A stretch of DNA of 64,000 bases from Podospora anserina (taxonomy: Eukaryota): the NCBI GenBank assembly GCA_017654855.1, contig CM030338.1, positions 1,116,001-1,180,000 on the forward strand, in the 5' to 3' direction. The notes under the pieces are model-generated. The model was not told where the DNA came from and did not search any database. It worked only from the letters and a program-made list of their open reading frames with translations. This document shows, one piece after another, positions 22,056-32,621 of this stretch. The position numbers were made by a program, and so were the translations under genes. The stretch's first letter is position 1, and the number at the start of each line of letters is the position of its first letter.

Positions 22056-23612
22056 CTACAACCTAAACAAATCATGCCCCACCCCCCTGACCCCAACATC
22101 AACCCTAAACAACGCCCCCCCATTGACCTTGCTCTCCTCCCCCTCAGCAGCACCGTCATCTCCAGCAGTAGTAATGAACAACTCCTCGCCCACAAACTCC
22201 ACACAGGTGATGTTTCTGGTAGGCAACCTCACCTCCCCAATCAACTTCCCCTCCGGGCTCAGCTTCAAAACGCGGGACTCGCCATAGACGGCATGCCAGA
22301 TGTTACCTTCAACATCAACCCTAAACCCGTCAGGTTCACCGCTCCCGACGTGCTGGTAAAAGATGCGTTTGTTGGAGAGGGTGACGACAGAAGAAGGGGA
22401 GGGGGAGGGGTCGTAATCCCAAGCCAGGACCTCGCGCGCGTTGGAGTGGGTAAAGTACATTGTCCTCTGGTCGGGGGACCAGCCGACAGAGTTTGGGATT
22501 GTGAGGGAGGTGAGGGCGAGTTGCGGGGGGGAGGTTTGGGTGAAGCGGAGGAGGGAGCCTAAAACTGGTTAGTGCTTGGGTGGAAAGAGAGTATGGGGGA
22601 AAGTAAGTAAGTGGAGAGACAAAACTAACTGCCCAACTAAAAATGGTAAGGTAAAGAAAGGGTATTGCCCCCTCAGGCGCCGGGACGGCTCGAGAGAGAG
22701 CCGCAGGAGGAAAACCACATGGCAAGGAACTTCCGAACCCGACCTGATGGGTTTAGTTTGAGCAGTTTGCTGTACATACATGCATTTCGCATATGCAGTA
22801 GTCAACGGCCCCGGCAGGCGGCGACTCCGAGCCGCTTGCCGCGAAGGGGGAGTGGGCAGGTTATTCCTCACTTGAGGAAGAACTATGACGACGGCTGCTG
22901 CTGCTGATGACGATGATGTGTCCATCCTGTCGTTTGTCCTCTTTCCCTGGTATTCTCTTCGGTTCCCCCATTCGATCGACGCGGCAACAACGTTGAAGTC
23001 TCCCCAACCCGGGTCTGCCACGTGTACGACCGACGCTTCATGTAACTGGTCCCAGGGTCCCTGCTTGGGGAGAGGGTTTGGGTAGGGGACCAGAACCGTC
23101 GTTGATGGACCAATTCAGGGGTATCATCATGGGGATGCCATTGGGGAAGTAAACGACAAAGCAAGAAAGCAATCAAGAAAAAAACCCTTACCCTCAGGCC
23201 GGAAATCCCCCTTCCCAAAATCAGTCATGCTCCCCATCCAGAACCTCCCCTGGGGATCGACCGCCCCGTCATTGCTCCTGATCCTATCCACGCCCTCCCC
23301 CTCCATCTTGGAGATGTACTCGTACTCCCCCGTCTTCCTATCCAGGACCGCGAGCCCCTGCTTGGCTCCAATTAGGATCTTGTCCTTGGGGTCGACGCCC
23401 GCAATGTCAGCGGTGACGGTGACGGGCTCGTCGAAAGAAAGGGTGACGAGATCGGCGGGGTCGTTGCTGGAGACGGTGTGAAGCTTCTTGTTCTTGATGT
23501 CGACGAAGCGGACGGTTTGGGTGGCGGGTTCATAGTAGGGTCCTTCGCCGAGGCCGCAGTGGAGGTTAAGGTAGGGGGTTTTTACCTCCCAGACTTGGAA
23601 TTCGGAGGACAT
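22056..23612 (-). CDS. SMP-30/gluconolactonase/regucalcin family protein
   Basis: Exon 1 23612-23192 (MSSEFQ..GLGEGPYY..RSNDGAVDPQGRFWMGSM), a 633-nt intron 23191-22559 (GTAAGG..ACTAAC..TAG), exon 2 22558-22056 (GSLLRF..IPNSVGWSPD..GEPDGFRVDVEGNIW..LFITTA). The junction is in frame. Confidence 0.92.
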
Positions 23613-26600
23613 TGCGGCGGTGGGGGGTGTGAGATATGGTTTTTTTTGTAAGGTGAGGTGAGTTTGAGAATGTGAGGCAATCACCGACAGCTGAATGAGC
23701 TATGGTGGAGTCGTTCGCTGGCGGAGTATACTCACGACGTCACCACTAGCCCTGAGAGTGTGTAAAGTAGGTAGCTGTGAAAGGATGGCAACCACAACAC
23801 ACACTGGGTTGGAAAGGGTGTGTCTGATCCCGAATGTGAGGTTCAATGGTCGACAAAGCCCTCACTTCAGCGATTACCGAGAAGCAAGATACAGCAGTTG
23901 AGACAACGTGGGCCGCGGGTAAAAAGGACAATAACCAAACGATTGGAGCATATGTGTCAATTGGTAAAATATATACCTCTCCCCCTCCTACGAGCCAAGT
24001 ATCACAGTCACATACAATCTCTATAGCCATCGACTTCTATCGTGGCCGTTGTTCCCGTCTGGCGGAGTCGGCGTGCCGGAGAGGTTCTCTCGGACGTGCA
24101 CCCGCCGTTGAAATGCTGCCGGAAGACGGCCCTCAGATCCGCTACGGCCCTCTCTGGCTGCAGAGACGAGCTCACAGCCGAGAAGGTCGAGGGAAAGACG
24201 GAAAGAGACGGGGAGGGGAGAAAATAGCCGAACAACAAGAAACAGAGCTTTTGTTTCCGATATGCAACTGAGGTACAGATAGGTAGAATAGGCGTGTGGT
24301 GCAGAGCCTCGATGGGTTTTGGGTAGCACAGGTGGCACGGGAACCGGGAACCGACAGCATGGATCACAACCTGGCGCGCCAGCCTTTTTTTCCTCCCGAA
24401 CTTCATCCCGATTCATCATTGAAGAAGCATGTTGTTGCTGCACACAGCACGGATTAGTAAAGGGGACTATTTACCCCTTGTAACACCTCAGTGGGAAAAT
24501 TGCCCGAGGGGGTGACGTTGAAGCCCGAGGTGATGCCCTATTTCTTGCGCAAGCAAGCAAGCTGATGCGACAAATGTGAGAGGGATAATAAAAAGAAAAG
24601 AAAAACGCAGGAGTTCCAACAGCCCGGTTGTTGCTATCAAATCTCTCATTCACATGATGAGACCGGTGAGAAGAAAAAGGATTTGTTGCGCAGTTGTCAT
24701 CATCGGTCCTGGATTGAAGTGGGTGGTGAGCCCCCATGCCCCCGTTGTCTCTTATCCCCCCCCGCGTGTGGGTGCGCCCAAAATCAACAAGATTGGGACC
24801 CAATGAGCAAATGGGTTTGGGCTGACGAGCAACGTGTCTGTCGAACTGAAATGAGATGGCGTGAAGCTGTGCTTCAGAGTTGTGTTTTCTGACAGTTGAG
24901 TGTCTCGGGTGGTCCCTTTTTTGTATGCTCGGTCAGGTTGATTAACCTAGGTGCCACTATCTAGAGGGCAAGCCGGGCAGTCCATGGTGTTGTGTCCTGC
25001 AGATAAAGTGCAAGCTGCAAGGCCGCAAGACACATGATCGACAGCTGCTGCAGGCTGGCCGCCCCTCGGTCCCAAAGAGGCATGCACCGTTACCAAAAAT
25101 GCTCCCCAAGAACTGGCCAGCTGCCCAACCAACAGGGAGCGGAGATGTGACAAGTCATCTAGGCTCATGTATCGTGAGCTGGCAGCGCAGAAGGATGCCG
25201 GCAAAGTGGGTTGTAGAAGAGCATCATGGTCTTCGGCGCTTAAGCTTCGCACAGACGCTGCGGTTGCGCTGCCTTTTTTCACCGTCTCTTTCGGAAGAAT
25301 GGCAATTGCCGTATCCCGTTTTAGGAAGCCGGAGATTTGAGACGTGTTTTCGTTGAACACAACGTTGGTGTTGCATCAATGAGGAAGAGCGACGTTTTCG
25401 TGACCGGCCGTCCAATTTCCATCATCATCAGAAAGAAAAGAGGCACAACACAACCCCGCAAAATTATTAGTGTTGCAAGGTCCCGGTCCCCACGCGCTTC
25501 TCTGCATGCCATCTGCACATCTTCTCGACGACCAGAAGCGATATTTCATCAGGCCAACGATAATGCTCGGCTGCCAGCCGAATGTATTTTCGACAACCCT
25601 CATCTCCCGCCCTGTTTCTGCTGGCCTGATGACGATGGCGATCCACCTCACAGACGGGAGCGGCTGACGATGACCACGGTCCTGACGGGAATGTCTCAAA
25701 TAATCTCATCAGCTTGTGAGACACCTCTTCGTCTTCCTGAAGCAGGATTATCTTGAACTGAGACCTCTCCCATCGACTTCACACAGTACGTAATGCCACC
25801 ACCCATCATCATGAAAATGTCTCATTGCACTTCCGATATTATTCCTCAGTCACCAGTGTTCTTTCTTTCCACGGTTACCACCGGTTAGAACACACGCCTG
25901 ACGTGTTCTTCCAATCCTACATTTCGTCACGTCACATCTACGAGGTGGGTGTGAGATTGCCAATCTTGGAGCCGACGTCGAAGTCTTCCAGGGCCCATGC
26001 CGTGGTGACCTGTTGCCTTCACCAGTCTCGGTTCGCCTCAGGGAGCAAGCACATCTACGGTACTTCATGGCGTCGTGGTAATCAATGTGGCCAACAAATG
26101 TCGCGATGGAGAAGTCTCCGGCAACCATCATCAATGGTACCAGTACCCGCCCCGTGTTGGGGCGGCCAACCTACCCTTTCACTACCTCGATGGCCTTTAA
26201 CCCTTGTGAGGCTAGTGGGAGGTGATCAGGGACAGGGCAAATCTGCACGACAGACGAAGCGAGACCGGATATGCATGCCCTATTCCGCAAGCAGGCATAG
26301 CACTGACGTCGATGCAGCACTCTCCCACCCACCGGCCGCATGGGAAGGTCGCAGAAACCGTCGTTAGAAGCCTCACAAGAAAAACGAACATGACGATGGC
26401 ATCGCCGCCGGTTTGCTGGCATTGTCCAGCCCTAAGAAGACGAACCGGGATTCTTACTCGCCCTGCCTCGGCCTCATGGGATTTCTGCGCGTGCGTTGTG
26501 GGCTGCATTTCTGCAGGAAAGCCCAAGGTCTCTGGCACCAGTAAAACTCAGAATTGCTCAGGCATCAATGCGAGATGCAGGAGTTTCTGGATGGGGGAGC

Positions 26601-27357
26601 AGAGTCTTCGCTGACGTCCTGCATGCCCAGTCTTCAGGGGTCTCGAGGATGGCTTGCAGTATACACACATGCTTAAGAGTCTGTTGTATACCTATCGAAC
26701 CGGTCAACTCGGTCCCTATATAGCCAGTGTGTTCGGTAGGTTCGGTACCAGGCCAGCATGTATAAAGAGCCGGCAGGACCTGCTACCAGAGGATTTGGTT
26801 GTCGCGTGTCAACCGTGTCAACCCAGTTGGAGAAAAGACTGGCCTGACGTTGGAAGCATTGGAAAAGTTCCGACTGTGCCGCCCGCCTCATGCCCAATGG
26901 CTTGGGTGCTTGACTTCCAATCATCTGAAGTTCCCTGGAGATTGACAAGATGGCGTCGATCGTCGACGTTCGCAGGAAGATTTGCTCGCCTTGACAAAGC
27001 TCTGCTCTGCCACACCGGGATATTTATCAAAAAGATTACCGGTGATGCTGGCAGCAATAGATCTGAGCGGGGCTTGGCGAACCACCCAATGATGCAACCC
27101 ACTTGGCGGGGAAATTCCCCAATGGTTCTTGTCGTAATAATAAACAGCATGTGCAATTTTTATTTTTTTTAATATTTCGCGCCTTTCCCGCCGGCCACCT
27201 GGTCCTGAACTGTTGAATGTGAATGTGTGCCCGAATGGATCTCCCGTGTCAGTCATGACATGACAACATCGCGAACATGCTGGAAAGGTCTTTCTGTAAA
27301 ACTATAGCGCCACGGGGCCACGGGGGCCGCGAGGTCGTCTGTGAGTATGAGCTGGCA

Positions 27358-27395
27358 GGTGGACATGGTGGACATGGTGGACATGGTGGACATGG
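27358..27395. repeat. Minisatellite (GGTGGACAT)x4
   Basis: Four perfect 9-bp units read directly from the sequence. Confidence 0.9.
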
Positions 27396-27819
27396 CAGAT
27401 GAGAATCCAGTCAGGACCCGCATCGGACCAAGATCCGGTACCACGCTGCAACGACGACAAGGGCAAGCTGTCTCCATGATGGACAGCGCTGGCTGGCGGC
27501 GGTGACAGCAAGAACCAAGCTAGGGCGGTGACGTTTCCAGACATACTTGGGGGGAGCTACGGGGCCTAGCGCAATGGCCGTTCCGCCTTCCGCGAGAAGA
27601 AGATGGTCTGGCGGGAAGGCGCTATTCCCAATTGTGCCCGTCATCGCCAGCGTCCCTACCCTTTTCACTCCGCATTCAAGAGAATTGGGTTCACTAGTTT
27701 GCGCAAATAAAGTGGACACCTCGCGGTGAGCATTTCATCCATGACAGGACCAGGAGCATTCACCGTTTTCCATTCATCACATGGTAGTAGTGCATCAATC
27801 AAAACGGTCTCTCCCGCGG

Positions 27820-27840
27820 CACACACACACACACACACAC
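27820..27840. repeat. (CA)10 microsatellite
   Basis: Read directly from the sequence. Confidence 0.9.
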
Positions 27841-30764
27841 CTTCCAATCCTTCCACCGAGCTTCCAGAAACGCTTTTTGTTGCTTTCCAGCTTGGCCGTC
27901 CAAGCTCTCCGGGCTGTCCTTGTCTTCACTCTCCAGCAGATGCCCGAAAGGGAAGACCTCACCGCACTGGAGCCAGCACAGTACGCTACATACGGACAAG
28001 TCCGCAAACGAGACATTGCAAGCCGCCACTCGGCGCACCTTTTTACTGAACGCCTGAACCGGCATCACGAGCCTAACGGCGAACTCCCCGGAAGTCCGTT
28101 TTCTTGATTTTTGATTGTCGATTCCGGGGTGCCGGTCAGCTTCCAATCGCATGCTCAGCTTCGTATTACGCCTGTAATTACTAACAGGCCGTTTCATTAC
28201 ACGCAGGACACAGGAACAGACAGAAGAAAACGTTTCCCTCCCGAGCTCCCCCAGACATGATAATTCAGCGGATATCCGTCTCGGGGCTATTCTGGGGTCT
28301 CATTTCACAGCGGTGATGGACCTAGTGTAAATGGCATCAGAGGGATCCGACCCGCTGCGCCTGCGCCTTCGAATGACGGGCATCTCGGCTCCGCTAGCCA
28401 AGTTGCGCTCCCGCCCGCTGCGCCTAAACTCGCTCAGTATCCAGTGTCCACGCTTGCCAGCTCACTCACTTCCCGTCAGCTTCTGACCAAAGACCTCGAT
28501 CACGATGTGGGCATTGGCCACTTTTCTATACAAGCCCGAGCTCCAACATGTCACACACTAGTTGCATGATGAAGAAAAGCACACGCCATATCAAGCACGG
28601 CTTTATATACCCATCTCACCACCATCAGCAGACCCTCATGCCTTAGCCACTAACAACTGAGTCTTACCACACACACCCTTAGGAGCTTGGTCTCCTTCCT
28701 GCGGTCAGTGAGGCCATTTGAGAGACAGTCACAGTACTAGCAGCAGTTAAGCGCCAGATGTGCAGGTTGTCGACCCAACCGCAGACGGTGAGCATCTGAG
28801 GATCTGCCAGAGGTCTCAGAACCAGCATCGTGGCGGGCTTGGTCAGTGGGTGATCTCGCCGCCATGTGTTGACTAGTTAGCACTTATACCCACGCAGACT
28901 GCTCCTCCTGCCATCTTGGGCATAACAAAGAGCTTCCTACCGGGGAGAATCTGCACACTTTTCAAACGACCACCGCTTCATCGGATTGCTCGTCAAGGTC
29001 CAAACTGGACGTTCTCTGGCCCACATTATGGCGCGCTTTATAGCTGCCAAGAATTGAAGAAAAAAACGTTGGCTCAGAACGGAAACCGCTTTGGAACTAG
29101 CCCTGGAGGAGTGGATTACAGGGCTTATACTGCCGCTCATGCGAGCCACCCATCCAGCTGCTCGGGGCCAGTTCCTCGGGTCGCTAGGGGTGCGGGAGTC
29201 ACGCAAGTAAGTGTAAGAGTGTCTTGCTTGTCTTCCCGCCCGCGTTGAAGACCGTTGCCAGCGCCCATCATTTCTTTTTGCCTCGTTCAACATGAAGAAA
29301 GAAAGAGACGAGAAAGACTGTCCGGCAGCCAACCATTCCAGAAGGAGTCGTTGTCGAAGCCCCGTTGTGGCCCTAGCAGACGGGCAAGCATTTACGCATT
29401 CTGCAGTTCCACGCCCCCTCCCGGGCTTCCATGGCCAGTGGTAACTGGACCCCCGGTACCTGTCCAGGGCACTACTGACACCTCCACTGCCCAAAGGACC
29501 CAACTGCTCGTTCGTGCTGAAGTCAAGGGTCAGCATCCTAGCTCATACACTACCTACTAGGTACACTGGTACCTACACTGTTCCTTGACCGATAAGAGGG
29601 GGAGTGGGTAAGAAAACGACATGGGCCTTACACCTGGGGGTTTAAAGGTTGGTGCATGGCAACCGCAAGAGCCTGCTATCTTTGTCATTTCCAACCTGGA
29701 CGCTCTCAATATCTTCTTGTCCCAAGTCTTCAACCTTTGGTCTCGGGACAGTAACGGAAAAGTGGCCCCGAAAGAGTACGCTGAGACGGGGCTTTGATAT
29801 CAGTAACACTATTGCCGCCGTTCGGAAGACACGATAACTACTGGGCTGCTCTCTCAGTCCACTCCCCCGAGCTCCTCGATACCCACCACAGAGACACCAC
29901 AGGTCCCCTCTCCGTCGTAAAATTGCGAGGCAACGACGGGAAGGCCTTGGCTGTGCTGTGGGATTGTCCATTCAGACGACAAATCACCTTAGCGCAAACT
30001 CTGGGGTCCCTCACTTCGACCACTCAACTGCGAAGAGCATCCGTACGGAGGAGATAATAAGTGGTGGCTCGCCCCGCTGCACCTCCAAGGTCACCCGCAG
30101 CCCGTTCTGCTTGAATCGTATGTGTGTCTCTGCATTCGCTACCTGATATACTCGGCAAAGATCCCATCTCATCCCGTACTCCACGACGGCTGTACCCTTT
30201 CCTGTCCGAGGTATCCTGCAGCGTGGCTTCCATCAAACCTGGTGCTGGCACGCAACCGCCTGACGCAGGCCAACGCATAGAGGAAGTCGTGGGCCTTTGA
30301 ACACGCACTTGCATCTACCTTGGCGTCATTGCTCCGCTGCCGCTCTCCAGTACGGCCCAGTGTCGTCCTACAGCTCCGCCAGCAGAGGACGTGGTTCGGA
30401 ATCCGCTCTCTCAGCGCCTTACACACCTTGTGTGACATAAAGGGACATCGTCAGAGCACCTCCCGGGACCCCAAACCTTCCATCCTCGACAGTGGAACAG
30501 CCGGCTTATAGCTGTTTCAAACACGAATCCGTCAGTCTGGCGATCACGGCGCCGATTCACCAGCGGTGGGCCCAAGAACCAGCACCCCGCTGGTCTGGTG
30601 CGGACACCTCGCTGCTGTTCACGACAGCCGCCCAGGACCACCGAAGGAGGGGAGCCCAAGGTACTGGCCTTGACCAAGAACTGGTCCTCCCGGTGCCCGA
30701 CAGCAGTTACAGGCGTCAATGTCACGGTCTTCAAGGCCCCAAAAGCGAAGGGGAACAGACCTCG

Positions 30765-32621
30765 ATGTCGCAGGGGGGGCCAGCACCTCCCCCTTCTTCT
30801 AGTCCTTCTTCGCAATCGCCAGCGACAGACACCAACACCTCTCCACAACACCGACAACAACATCTCGGTCAACAAGATGCTCCCAGAACACAGTCGTCCC
30901 ATAACCCCAGCGGAGCAACGGTAGTCGAAGGAAACGAAAGAGGCTGGCAGCCAGGAAACCGACCCTCTGGCGTACACAACATCCTTAATCCAGCAGGCTC
31001 ACAACCTGCTCCTGCCGAAGGCAGCCCCCAACCAACAATGGGGCCAACTCCTCAATATGGGACAACACAGGGCTCGCCTTCACGTCCTTATACCATCCCA
31101 GGACAGAGTGGGGCTTCCACACCAAGGGCAACTCACGCGCAGACACATCCGACAGCATCTCCGGCCGGTGGTTCCTCTTCGGCCGAGAGGGGCTCACCTT
31201 CATCTGTCCATCCCTATCCTTTTACTGCGAGACGGATACTAACCCCAAAGTCCCCGAGAGTTGCAAGCCTTAGCAGGGCTGCTCTGCGAACAGTCGAACC
31301 CCAGCTCGCAAATTTACCGGCCCCTACTCCGAGAACTTCGTCTCAGACAAATGACCTTTCCATGCTCGTCGGTCCTCCGTTGGGAGCTCCGTCGCCATAC
31401 CCCGGCTCCCACGCCCCCACGCGGCCGACCTCTGGGCTTTCTCGATCACTCTCACAACCCAGTCTGAGCCACGGCCACCCAATGGCACACCCCCGTGAAC
31501 TAGCACACCCAGCTCCCCTCAAACGTGAATACAGCGGGCAGCCAGTCTTTCCAGGCTCACCATATGGGACACCGACCATGTCAAGCAGGGGACTGCCGGC
31601 ATCCAATCCTCATGGTGATGGGCGATGGGGGCCAGGGCCCATGGGCACACTTCCGCCAGCAGGTTCAGCAACTCGAAGCTTGCAGATTTCGGAAGGCCAG
31701 ACTCTATTAACAATCACACCGAGGCATGGAGAGGAGATTGTGGTTCCGGTGGACGTTCACCAAGCGTCGAAGCAGGCGGATGAGAAGAGACAACGAAACG
31801 CGGGGGCTTCAGCGAGATTCAGACAGCGCAAGAAGGAGAGGGAGAGAGAACAGCAACAGGGGCTACAAAAGTTGGAGTCGAGAAACCGGGAGTTGGAAAG
31901 GAAGGCGGATGAGCTGGAGAAGCGGTGCCAGGAGCTACAAATTGAGCGTGACCACTACAGAAATGACCGAAATCGTCTGCGAGATATCGTTGCCCGAACG
32001 GCTGGTATCAGCGAGTGGGCGGAAGGACCGCCGAGCCCGTCTACGTCAAGAGTCCCAGCACCCTATCCAACGGCAGGAGATAGCAGGTCACATACACCAC
32101 ACCAACAGCCGATGCCAGTATCGCACGCGCACTCACAGTCACACTCTCACCCATACCCTCACCCTCACCCTGCTGTTCACCCTCTTCAACATCCCCACCC
32201 GCATCCTCATGTGCGCCCGAGCGCCTACGGGGAACCATCTATGCTCGAGCCGCCTCTGAGAAGGCGAAGAACAGATTCCGAACCTCAGATGCCCACATCA
32301 TCCTTTGCCCTGTCCACACCGACTACCCTGCCACCCATCGCTGGTGCTTCTGCGTTTGGAATCCCACCGTCTCCCCATATTACACCACCCCCGGGACCTT
32401 CACGACTACCCCCTCTTCGATTCGAGCCCCAGCCGGGAGGAACTTCCTCGACGACACCATCACCTGCCCCCAGCGGCCCTCCCTCTCGGCCACCGACGCT
32501 TCCCCCGTCCCTCCCCCCTCAACCGATCACACCATACCTGCCTCAATACCACCGAAAGAGCTCGTACGAAACCGCCGGTTGGGCTACCGGGCCACGACCT
32601 TCTGAGGGAGGGCCGAGGTGA
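30765..32621 (+). CDS. bZIP transcription factor
   Basis: First ATG at 30765 in ORF 30492..32621. Basic region DEKRQRNAGASARFRQRKKERE is followed by a heptad leucine zipper, with Pro/Ser/His-rich flanks. Confidence 0.88.
   Translation: MSQGGPAPPPSSSPSSQSPATDTNTSPQHRQQHLGQQDAPRTQSSHNPSGATVVEGNERGWQPGNRPSGVHNILNPAGSQPAPAEGSPQPTMGPTPQYGTTQGSPSRPYTIPGQSGASTPRATHAQTHPTASPAGGSSSAERGSPSSVHPYPFTARRILTPKSPRVASLSRAALRTVEPQLANLPAPTPRTSSQTNDLSMLVGPPLGAPSPYPGSHAPTRPTSGLSRSLSQPSLSHGHPMAHPRELAHPAPLKREYSGQPVFPGSPYGTPTMSSRGLPASNPHGDGRWGPGPMGTLPPAGSATRSLQISEGQTLLTITPRHGEEIVVPVDVHQASKQADEKRQRNAGASARFRQRKKEREREQQQGLQKLESRNRELERKADELEKRCQELQIERDHYRNDRNRLRDIVARTAGISEWAEGPPSPSTSRVPAPYPTAGDSRSHTPHQQPMPVSHAHSQSHSHPYPHPHPAVHPLQHPHPHPHVRPSAYGEPSMLEPPLRRRRTDSEPQMPTSSFALSTPTTLPPIAGASAFGIPPSPHITPPPGPSRLPPLRFEPQPGGTSSTTPSPAPSGPPSRPPTLPPSLPPQPITPYLPQYHRKSSYETAGWATGPRPSEGGPR

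Noticed and set aside
22655-22745. TPP riboswitch in the SMP-30 intron (GGGT..CTGAG..ATACCC on the minus strand resembles the P2/P3 half)
   Set aside because: The second half of the aptamer (GAACYTGATC..GATAAT..CC.GCG) is absent and replaced by a pyrimidine tract, so it is not a canonical TPP aptamer.
22904-22940. Hammerhead ribozyme core (CTGATGA followed by a stem)
   Set aside because: The required GAAA after stem II is missing.
24000-30400. Numerous 60-200 aa ORFs in the bZIP upstream region (likewise 33000-37000)
   Set aside because: No domain motifs, no codon bias, mostly non-ATG starts, and mutually overlapping.
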